DNA of 64,000 nucleotides from a virus (taxonomy: Duplodnaviria > Caudoviricetes): positions 101,308 to 165,307 of the IMG/VR virus record IMGVR_UViG_3300029288_000002. One strand, 5' to 3'. How positions within the stretch are numbered: position 1 is the first letter of the stretch; each line of letters begins with the position of its first letter. Made by a program: the position numbers and the translations under genes. This document shows positions 11,300-19,351 of the stretch, piece by piece. Under the pieces are notes generated by a model. That model was not told the DNA's origin. It made no database searches and saw only the letters and a list, made by a program, of their open reading frames with translations.

Positions 11300-11657
11300 A
11301 ACAGGTTTTGTTTCAAACAGTAGTAGTTCATCTTTTCTTTTGGCAGCAGACAAAGAAACAACCAAACTAACCATGACTGTAAATATTGACGTAGACGAAT
11401 TTGTACAATATACAATATCCAACATAAAGGAATTAGGTCGTTATTATTCGGAAGAATTAGAATATGAGAAAGATGACGATGGTAGTTTTTTGTTCAATCA
11501 ACGGGAACTTAGAAAATATAATGCTCTTTTAGACATTTTAAATAGTGGAAAGGAGTTACACTTTGTATCTATTTCAAGTGAAGGTGGTAATACAAACGAG
11601 TTGTTTATTTATGAGCATGGTTTTATTGGTAATGTAAACTTCACAGTAGTTGAGTAA
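11289..11657 (+). CDS. SNSSS-leader protein 2
   Basis: N-terminus MKIRTGFVSNSSSSSF. Confidence 0.75.
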   Translation: MKIRTGFVSNSSSSSFLLAADKETTKLTMTVNIDVDEFVQYTISNIKELGRYYSEELEYEKDDDGSFLFNQRELRKYNALLDILNSGKELHFVSISSEGGNTNELFIYEHGFIGNVNFTVVE

Positions 11658-11667
11658 TATTTAAACG

Positions 11668-11696
11668 AAGACCCTGAATAAAATCAGGGTCTTTTT
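11668..11696 (+). terminator. intrinsic terminator
   Basis: AAGACCCTGA-ATAAAA-TCAGGGTCTT then T run. Confidence 0.75.
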
Positions 11697-11701
11697 GGTA
11701 C

Positions 11702-11730
11702 TTGACAAAGCGAAGATAAAGGTTTATACT
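11702..11730 (+). promoter_or_regulatory. sigma70 promoter of the radical SAM operon
   Basis: TTGACA-N17-TATACT. Confidence 0.8.
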
Positions 11731-11761
11731 AAACGTAAGATTAGACTAAAAAGGACAAACA

Positions 11762-12748
11762 ATGATTCGTAAATATCGCAGCGAAGGTTATAATTATGAT
11801 TTTGATACAAACACTGGTTTCTTTGCACGTTGGGGCAAAACATATGAGGATGATCCACAAATGAGCCCTATTGGAGCGGAGATACTTGACATAGAAGTTT
11901 CTGAAGCATGTCATCAAGGCTGTAAATTTTGTTATAAGTCTAATACTGGTGTTGGTAAGAATATGACTCTTGCTACTTTTAAAACCATTCTTGATAAGAT
12001 GCCGAGTGTTATGCAAATCGCTTTTGGTATTGGTGATTTGTCTGCCAATCCCGATTTGTTCCCGATGATGGAATATGCAAGAAGTAAAAATGTTGTGCCT
12101 AATATTACAATCAACGGAGCAGGGTTAACTGATGAATTAGCTAAAAAGTTAGTATCATTAGTAGGAGCGTGCAGCGTAAGTAGGTATAACGACGACCAGT
12201 GTTATAATGCAGTGAACAAATTAACGTCGCTTGGGTTAACGCAAGTCAATATTCATCAATTAGTAGCAGAAGAAACATACGACTCTATTTGGAAACTATT
12301 AGAGTCATATAAAACCGATACTCGTTTAGCTAAATTAGGTTATATTGTAATGCTTAGTCTAAAGCGCAAAGGTCGGGGAGTCGGTTTTAATCGTATGAGC
12401 GATGAACACTTCTCTGAAATCGTAGAATATTGTATCAACAACGATATACGTGTTGGATTCGACTCTTGTGGCGCAAACAAGGTTGAAAAGATTCTACGCA
12501 ACATGAATCTGCATAATATTGAACAAGTATGCCAAAGCATTGAACCCTGTGAGTCATCGGGATTCTCGGCATATTGCAACGTTGAAGGCAAATTCTTTCC
12601 GTGTTCATTTGCAGAAGGAGAGTTTGAAGGAATTGATGTAGTTAATTGTAACACTTTTTTAGATGATGTGTGGTACAATCCAAAGGTTGTAACCTGGCGC
12701 GAAAGGTTACTTAACCAATGCCGTAATTGTCCTATGTATGATATTTAG
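11762..12748 (+). CDS. radical SAM enzyme with C-terminal SPASM/twitch-like domain
   Basis: CHQGCKFC (CX3CX2C), PNITING, CESSGFSAY.NVEG.FFPCSF, terminal RNCP. Confidence 0.9.
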   Translation: MIRKYRSEGYNYDFDTNTGFFARWGKTYEDDPQMSPIGAEILDIEVSEACHQGCKFCYKSNTGVGKNMTLATFKTILDKMPSVMQIAFGIGDLSANPDLFPMMEYARSKNVVPNITINGAGLTDELAKKLVSLVGACSVSRYNDDQCYNAVNKLTSLGLTQVNIHQLVAEETYDSIWKLLESYKTDTRLAKLGYIVMLSLKRKGRGVGFNRMSDEHFSEIVEYCINNDIRVGFDSCGANKVEKILRNMNLHNIEQVCQSIEPCESSGFSAYCNVEGKFFPCSFAEGEFEGIDVVNCNTFLDDVWYNPKVVTWRERLLNQCRNCPMYDI

Positions 12749-12763
12749 ATAAAGGAGTATAGT

Positions 12764-13222
12764 ATGAAGTTTCGTAACAGGTTTGTTTCTAATAGTAGTT
12801 CTAGTAGTTTTCTGATTACCAATGTCAAAAACGGATATATTGATTTGTCTTGGTTAGCTGGCGATGTTTTAATTGTAAATGACGAACTTGGCAAAACAGA
12901 ATTTGGTTGGGGATATGAAGAATTGTTTGATTGGGGCGATAGAATTAATTTTGCTTATTTACAAACGCAATTTAAAAATAGTAACCCTTCCTGGCTGCCA
13001 ATGCTCGAAAAAGTGATTAGGGCTTTTACTAAAGTTTCTGACATTCAATGGCGCATTACTACCGATTATGATACTCCCGAAGGATATTCTTGGGGATGCA
13101 TAGATCACCAATCAGGAGCTTGTGACAACGAAAACATTGAAATCTTTGAAAATGAACAAAGTTTAAAAGACTTCCTCTTTGGAAAAGACTCTTATATTGT
13201 ATTAGATAACGATAATCATTAG
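12764..13222 (+). CDS. SNSSS-leader protein 3
   Basis: N-terminus MKFRNRFVSNSSSSSF; IDHQS and terminal DNDN. Confidence 0.75.
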   Translation: MKFRNRFVSNSSSSSFLITNVKNGYIDLSWLAGDVLIVNDELGKTEFGWGYEELFDWGDRINFAYLQTQFKNSNPSWLPMLEKVIRAFTKVSDIQWRITTDYDTPEGYSWGCIDHQSGACDNENIEIFENEQSLKDFLFGKDSYIVLDNDNH

Positions 13223-13231
13223 GAGTAAAAA

Positions 13232-13625
13232 ATGAAAATCAGAAACGGATTTGTTTCTAATTCGAGTAGTAGTAGTTTCGTTATTGCCATTAAAAATAAA
13301 AAAGGATTTTACTCAATTTCCATATTGGAATGGAAATATCTACAGTACAGTAGAGGAATTAGATGCTTACTATTTAGACGAGTATTCGTATTTTTCAGAT
13401 GAAGGTAATTGCAAAACTATGGATGGTTTATATGGTCTAATCCCTCATTTGTGCAGATGCGAATTTGATAAATTTATAATTTATCGCAAATGCGTAGAGT
13501 ACATCCAAAAGGGTTATTCTGTATACATTAAATCATTTGATCGCGATTACGACGAGGATTTAATTGAGTCAATTCCGATATGCAAAGGCGAAGACATTAT
13601 CTTAATCTTGCAGAAAACAGAGTAA
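13232..13625 (+). pseudogene. SNSSS-leader protein 4, +1 frameshift in the A6 run at 13298-13303
   Basis: ATG 13232 after AGGAG reads MKIRNGFVSNSSSSSFVIAIKNKK; the body continues in the +1 frame (ORF 13251..13625). Confidence 0.7.
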
Positions 13626-13641
13626 TACTTCTACAATGCCT

Positions 13642-13744
13642 TTGTAGCTTCACAGGAAGCACTGCAAACGATTTATATTGAATAAAGGTAGTATTTTTGA
13701 CCTATAAACTGAAAATGCCCCACATCGCGTCCAGAAGGCTTGAG
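13642..13744. repeat. dispersed ~100-bp element, copy 2
   Basis: CAGGAAG(13653)...AGGT-N10-ACCT(13686-13703)...CCAGAAG(13731). Confidence 0.75.
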
Positions 13745-14200
13745 TCAAAAGGAGTAATTATGTCAGTATGGTATTCTTGCAGTGGTAATCATTTACCAAA
13801 AGGCACATTTGATGTAGAAATCAGGTTGTGTTATGGCGGCAACTTAGATAACAATATTATAACAGGTTATTACAATGGGCGTGCCTGGTATAATGATGAA
13901 TACTGCTATACTAAAATTGAAAATCCTATTTGCTGGAGATATAAATAAACTAAAATAATTAGGATTATACTAATCTAAATTATTTTAGCGTGCAAAGGAG
14001 TTATATGAAAATTTGCTGTAATGAGAGATGCAAAGAATTATACGATGACATTTTTACGCTTCATGTTATTTGTTGCCCTATATTTAATGAAATGCTAATA
14101 AATCGTGGTTATTCCTGTTGGTTAGATAAAGACATAAAAGATTTATACTTTAGCAATGGGGAATATAGAGAGTATGAGGTTTATGAAAGGACAAATAACA

Positions 14201-15109
14201 ATGGACAATGATATTTTGAGGTTGATTGCAATTCAAACAAAAGACTGTGTATATGTTTCCAATGACCTAATGGGAAATGGTTATTGTTATGAAAGTGGGA
14301 ATAAACTATTGAGTTGTCGGTTTGACGGGAAATCGCCAAAAAAGACATATCACGGTCAATGGTTTATTTTAGATAATATTCCTGCTGTAGTAGAATATAA
14401 GCACGCAGAAGGTTATATAAACTATAGATTAGAATTAAAGCCAGAAGTTGTTGATGCAGTTGTAAATTTGCCTAAAGTAATAAACTCTCGATATTTAGAT
14501 GAGGATTGTGCAGAATACAACTTTAGAGGGTTATACGAAGAGCGATACGATACTACACCTGAATATTGGGAAGAGATACCTTTTCAAATTAACATCTTAG
14601 ATTCACTTGATGATTTTTCTATAACTAAAAAAGAGTATGAATTTACAACATCGTTGTTAGATAAAATTAAATATCACCCAATCCTTTTGCCTACAAAACC
14701 TTGCTCTATGAGTAGCAAAGACTCTTATAATGTTATTAGAGATTATGTAAGAACTCATATTGACAATAATTATGCTAAAATCGTTACAAATGAAAGTAAT
14801 CACTTTAAAGTAGAAAAGATTATAGAAACAGATACTCCAGAAGCATATCGAGTGGAAATTAACAAGGGTTACAGAAAGAAATCCAAATGGGAAACTTGTT
14901 ATCGCAAAATAAGAAGTGCTGAAATGTTGAATATATCGCCAAATAACGATTCTTGGGCAAAAGAAAAGGTTTATTTGTTTTCAGGTATAAATTATAATGA
15001 TATGATTGCAAACATGAACGCTTATTTAGAAAGCCTAATGCTTCAAATAAATAAGCCTCTTTGTGATTGTCCAACTTGCAAAGGATATGGAGTTATAGAA
15101 AAAGAATAA
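14201..15109 (+). CDS. hypothetical phage protein with C-terminal CxxCxGxG
   Basis: CPTCKGYG at the C-terminus; long ORF with RBS. Confidence 0.6.
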   Translation: MDNDILRLIAIQTKDCVYVSNDLMGNGYCYESGNKLLSCRFDGKSPKKTYHGQWFILDNIPAVVEYKHAEGYINYRLELKPEVVDAVVNLPKVINSRYLDEDCAEYNFRGLYEERYDTTPEYWEEIPFQINILDSLDDFSITKKEYEFTTSLLDKIKYHPILLPTKPCSMSSKDSYNVIRDYVRTHIDNNYAKIVTNESNHFKVEKIIETDTPEAYRVEINKGYRKKSKWETCYRKIRSAEMLNISPNNDSWAKEKVYLFSGINYNDMIANMNAYLESLMLQINKPLCDCPTCKGYGVIEKE

Positions 15110-15998
15110 ATATTGCCTATTGACAATAACTACAGTGTGTAATATAATTATATTGTGAAATGAGCGCAAAAGCTGTGGCAGAACTTGTAAGCAAATGCTT
15201 CAAGAGAAGGCTCGATGCCTTCACTATATTATGTCTAAGTTATAAAGGAGACAATAATGGGCGGTATAGACGGAAATAGTTATCATTTGATACAGGGTTG
15301 TTCAAACTGCAAAATGTTTGTACATAAAGGATTATGCGATGTTGACAATTTCTTAAGGGATTTATCAGAAGAAAATGCTCATTGGAATTATGAGTATTCT
15401 GTAAACCCTGCGGGAATTTGTAATAATTATGATAGCAATGGTGATGTAGAATTATATGATAATTGGATAAAAAGCATAACTAAAAAGGAAATCAAATGAG
15501 TATAAGTACATATACAGTTGTAGGATGGTTTATTTTAGCTAAAATAAAGGATGCCGAAAAAGAAGAGTACACTTATATTTGCGAAGATACACAATGTTAT
15601 AGCAAACACAAGTATACAAGCAACGACAGCTTATATTGTCCATATTGCGGAACTAAATTAGCGAGAGTTTCTACAGGTAAACGGTATATTGATACTAAAC
15701 AATATGCGCAATATGAGGTTGGTGAAATGATACAGGAATCTTTTTATAAAGCCGATAATAGAAATATTACAACTCATTATTGGCTATATAATTTTGGTAA
15801 TGATGCAGTGAGCCGTACTATAAACGGAGAATACGACCTTGATTTTCTAAATCTTAGCAAGTTAAAATTTCTTACTAAAAAGGAATTTGAAGAGATGTTC
15901 TCAAAAGAACTAAATATATTTAAGGAATATTATGGTGAAAATAATATTAGTGTTGTGTTTGGAATTATGCAGTATTCAAGCTAAAAGGAAGATATATA

Positions 15999-16826
15999 AT
16001 GGCTAATAATGAGAATAAAAAAGCAGAAAATCAACCCATGAAATACCCGACTCTGATGAAATTGATAGCTGCTTTTGCAGTATTAGTGGGAATGGGGTTA
16101 CTGTCCATTGCTTCGTTTCTACAAACAATGGATGGGTTTTCTACTATTGGTGATCCAGAAATGATATTGTTTGGTATACCGCTTGGTGCAGCATTACCGT
16201 TTATATATGCTATTGTTTTTCAATATGGTCAAAACGTAGCATTGTTAGTTAGAGAATATTTAACTCACGATAAAGTAATTTGGGAAAATGATAATACCTT
16301 TTTACCAATTACAATAACCGATACAAAATTAGCAACAATGGTGTTTGTATTATGCGCAGTGGTTGATGCTGGTACAAATATTCTATGGATGGCTAATAAC
16401 TGGAGTCCAAGCGGGGTTATTATTAAAGATGTTGCTTCAGTTGTTATTGGGTACTCAGCTATGATCGCAGTAGTCTTTGTAGAAGAGGGTATGGGTATGG
16501 TTGCACAAGCCATGAGTAAATCTTATCATATCTATAGAGATATTGTAATTAAAGAACGGCTTGCTGCTAAGAACAATAATCAGTCAAATAAAGGTAATGA
16601 TCAACAACAGCGCAATTCGCAATCAGAAATGAGACAAGAAAGACCAGAAGTAGAACATAGAGGTATGCCAAACGATAATACTGTGGGTATTCCTGGTGAG
16701 AATCACCAAAGTAAAAAGCAACAGCCTAATCAAAATCAAGGTAGAAAGTCTAATAGCAGTTTCGCTTCTTTAGTTAATTCTGGCAATCAAGATAGAAACA
16801 ACAATGGTCACAATATTCCTTTCTAA
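15999..16826 (+). CDS. multi-pass membrane protein with Q/N-rich disordered tail ending NIPF
   Basis: About four hydrophobic segments followed by a low-complexity tail. Confidence 0.65.
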   Translation: MANNENKKAENQPMKYPTLMKLIAAFAVLVGMGLLSIASFLQTMDGFSTIGDPEMILFGIPLGAALPFIYAIVFQYGQNVALLVREYLTHDKVIWENDNTFLPITITDTKLATMVFVLCAVVDAGTNILWMANNWSPSGVIIKDVASVVIGYSAMIAVVFVEEGMGMVAQAMSKSYHIYRDIVIKERLAAKNNNQSNKGNDQQQRNSQSEMRQERPEVEHRGMPNDNTVGIPGENHQSKKQQPNQNQGRKSNSSFASLVNSGNQDRNNNGHNIPF

Positions 16827-17104
16827 GTATTACTGTAAAGACTCTTGTATTTTGCCCCTTGACAAGATTTAAAAAGAGTGTATAATATTAAAAGGTGAAT
16901 TATAACTTCTGGTTGTTAGTTAGTATTTCAACCAGAAGTAGATTCTTATAAAATTCTAATGAAATTCATCCTTGACAAAAAGTAGTTTCTGTGTTAGTAT
17001 TTAAGAAGGTGAAGATTTTCATTTTAGTTTTGCGATTCTAAATAGGGCGAGAGGCTTAGACTTACTTAGCCAAAACGAGTTTCTCAAAATAAGCAAATTG
17101 CTAC

Positions 17105-17133
17105 TTGACAAAATAAAATAGTATGCTATAATG
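17105..17133 (+). promoter_or_regulatory. sigma70 promoter of tRNA cluster 1 (third of three tandem promoters at ~16859, ~16972, 17105)
   Basis: TTGACA-N17-TATAAT. Confidence 0.8.
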
Positions 17134-17151
17134 TAAATATGAATGAATTAT

Positions 17152-17220
17152 AGCGGGTTGCGAATGGTACGCCATTGGTCTCATACGCCAATCTAAACAG
17201 TCCGAGTCTGTTACCCACTA
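17152..17220 (+). tRNA. tRNA with CAT anticodon (Met, or Ile2 if lysidine-modified), degenerate
   Basis: Acceptor AGCGGGT/ACCCACT (1 mismatch), anticodon arm TTGGT-CTCATAC-GCCAA, T arm AACAG-TCCGAGT-CTGTT. Confidence 0.55.
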
Positions 17221-17283
17221 CTTATCAGCAATAGAATATAGATATGCGGCTTGTACGGTAATCTCTATTGCTGATATTATAAT

Positions 17284-17356
17284 GCCTTATTAGCTCATTC
17301 AGTAGAGCAACGCCCTTTTAAGGCGGAGGCGGTTGGGGCAGAGCCAATATAAGGCA
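17284..17356 (+). tRNA. tRNA-Lys(TTT), atypical T loop
   Basis: GCCTTAT/ATAAGGC acceptor, GCTC..GAGC D arm, CGCC-CTTTTAA-GGCG, T loop GGCAGAG. Confidence 0.8.
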
Positions 17357-17519
17357 CTGCCAGTTTAAATATATCTATTGTTTAGCCGACAGTCTGCTCT
17401 CGATAGTTCGCTACGCCTAAGCATATACAATAGATTAATCGAATTAAACTGGTAAACATTATAACTCGGCGGCATTGGTAGTCATTATTAGACTATAACA
17501 TTGCAGCATACCGCCAAAT

Positions 17520-17605
17520 GGAGAGTTGGCAGAGTTCGGTTGAATGCACTCGTTTGCTAAACGAGACCCCGAAAGGGGTCACAGGTTCAAATCCTGTACT
17601 CTCCG
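17520..17605 (+). tRNA. tRNA-Ser(GCT)
   Basis: GGAGAGT/ACTCTCC, CTCGT-TTGCTAA-ACGAG, long variable arm ACCCC-GAAA-GGGGT, GGTTCAAATCC. Confidence 0.92.
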
Positions 17606-17654
17606 CTAAAAAGCAATATGACAATATTGCATATTATCACAAGGAGAATTTCAA

Positions 17655-18293
17655 ATGTCAAAACTCAATATTAGTGTTGCTGAGGGTTTAGCCCTATTGA
17701 AAAAGTATGATGATCGTATCGAAAAGGCACGCCAAAAAGGTTTGCTTGGTACGGTAAAGGTAGATCAGACTGTTGCCAATGGAAAGCCTATTTCCGAAAT
17801 GATTGATGAAATGAAGGCTAATTTTCAATCGTTGAATCATTTGTTTAGCAATAAGAAAGCTGTAAAAGATGCACTTACGAAAAGTAACGGCGAAACGGTT
17901 GTTACTATTGCTGGCGAAGAGTTAACTGTTGCAGAGGCTATTGAACGTAAGAAATGGATTGCTTCACGTAAGGAGTTTTTGAATCTTATGGCTCTCACCT
18001 ATAATTCTCTCAATAATACTGTTACTTCAACTAACAATAAGGTTGATGAAGGGTTTGATAGCTACTTGACTACTGTTCCTGGTGCAAAGGAAAAGACGGT
18101 ATCACAAGAAACCATTGATATGTACCGCGTAGCTTATCAAAAGAGCAAGTATATCAAATTGGTTGATCCAAACAACATTGGTAAGGTGATTGAACAGTGG
18201 AATAAGGAAGTTGAAGATTTTGAAACCACTGTAGATTTCACATTGTCGCGCAGTAATGCTTTGACAATGATTGATGTTGAGTTAGAAGATTAA
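17655..18293 (+). CDS. coiled-coil protein (LTVAEAIERK-type; resembles DIP1984/DUF6847-like proteins)
   Basis: ISVAEGL.LLK, SN..T.V.IAG.ELTVAEAIERK, LVDP, DFTLSRSNA.T.I. Confidence 0.6.
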   Translation: MSKLNISVAEGLALLKKYDDRIEKARQKGLLGTVKVDQTVANGKPISEMIDEMKANFQSLNHLFSNKKAVKDALTKSNGETVVTIAGEELTVAEAIERKKWIASRKEFLNLMALTYNSLNNTVTSTNNKVDEGFDSYLTTVPGAKEKTVSQETIDMYRVAYQKSKYIKLVDPNNIGKVIEQWNKEVEDFETTVDFTLSRSNALTMIDVELED

Positions 18294-18299
18294 TAAAAG

Positions 18300-18730
18300 T
18301 TATACTGTAGGAATTACAGAATTTTAAGCCTGTGGAGATTGTGTAAGACTCTTCGGAGCAACTGTCTATGAAACAGGAAGTTACTAAGGTAACAATTCAA
18401 GACTAAATAAGTAACATTGTGGTTATTTGAAAATATAAACACTTGACCCTTTGGCGATGAGGGTTATCATCGCCACTAATTTGATTATATCAAATAACTG
18501 ATTGAACTTGAAATTCAATCCCTTCTTTGGCTGCATTGCCAATGTGTGCGGAAACCGTACAAAAAAGTCAAAGATCAAAGGTTAAAGATTAAAAATCAAA
18601 GTTTAAAGTTTAAATTGTTAAAGATTACTTATTACAGTTTACGGTTTATAGTTAATACAAATCTTTGAACAACGGTTAAGGTACTTCAAGTATGACCGCA
18701 GATTCCCGCAAAGCTGAATAATCACAACCA
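18300..18730 (+). ncRNA. putative structured non-coding RNA with 7-nt repeat array
   Basis: No ORF of 60 aa or more; several hairpins; TYAAAGN repeats at 18568-18652; ends at a terminator. Confidence 0.6.
18568..18652 (+). repeat. heptamer tandem array, about 12 units
   Basis: TCAAAGA TCAAAGG TTAAAGA TTAAAAA TCAAAGT TTAAAGT TTAAATT (G) TTAAAGA TTACTTA TTACAGT TTACGGT TTATAGT. Confidence 0.85.
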
Positions 18731-18759
18731 AGAACCTGAGTAAAATCAGGTTCTTTTTA
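18730..18759 (+). terminator. intrinsic terminator
   Basis: AAGAACCTGA-GTAAAA-TCAGGTTCTT then T run. Confidence 0.75.
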
Positions 18760-18841
18760 TTTTGCCTATTGACAAATCGGCAATAGTATGCTAAACTACA
18801 CATATCGAATAAATAGTAGTTATTTCTATAAGGAGACAGAA

Positions 18842-19351
18842 ATGGCTAAATCGAGTAGTGTTCTCAATATTTTTGGAGCTTTGCTCACAGTGGTTGTCTT
18901 GTATTTTCTCTTTTGTATCTTCCAAAGTTTTGCAGAAGGATTGAAAGATAGTGGTTATTTTGATAATCTTGAAGCACAAGCTCAGTCATCACAATCACTT
19001 GAAAACATTACTATTACTTTGGATAATAATCCTGTTACGGTAAATGGTACACATGCTGCGGATCGAGGGCATACTGAAGCAGATGCTATTCGTGATGCGT
19101 GTGGCATGTCAGGACAAAACGCTTTTCAATTTTACATTGAGCCAGACAATGTCACACTGCATATGCTTTGTGTTTATATGGATGGCGGGAATCGTATGAT
19201 TGGAGATTGGATTGTCAAACTTGTCAAAGATGGGGAAATCTATCAAAAAATTGAGAAAACTGTTTTTAAGCCTATGGATGGTACACAGACAAAAATAGTA
19301 GAATGGCTTTTGCGCAAAAACGCAGTTAGAATCAATCCGATTTTCAAATAG
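18842..19351 (+). CDS. membrane-anchored hypothetical protein
   Basis: N-terminal TM helix; own promoter (~18768) and RBS. Confidence 0.6.
   Translation: MAKSSSVLNIFGALLTVVVLYFLFCIFQSFAEGLKDSGYFDNLEAQAQSSQSLENITITLDNNPVTVNGTHAADRGHTEADAIRDACGMSGQNAFQFYIEPDNVTLHMLCVYMDGGNRMIGDWIVKLVKDGEIYQKIEKTVFKPMDGTQTKIVEWLLRKNAVRINPIFK

Noticed and set aside
13697-13758. N-terminal extensions of ORFs 13697 and 40139
   Set aside because: They run through the dispersed repeat or intergenic DNA; RBS-supported starts lie downstream (MSVWYS, MEVEY).
18568-18652. CRISPR array
   Set aside because: 7-nt units without unique spacers; no cas operon. The Cas4-like gene at 37894 is a typical phage exonuclease.
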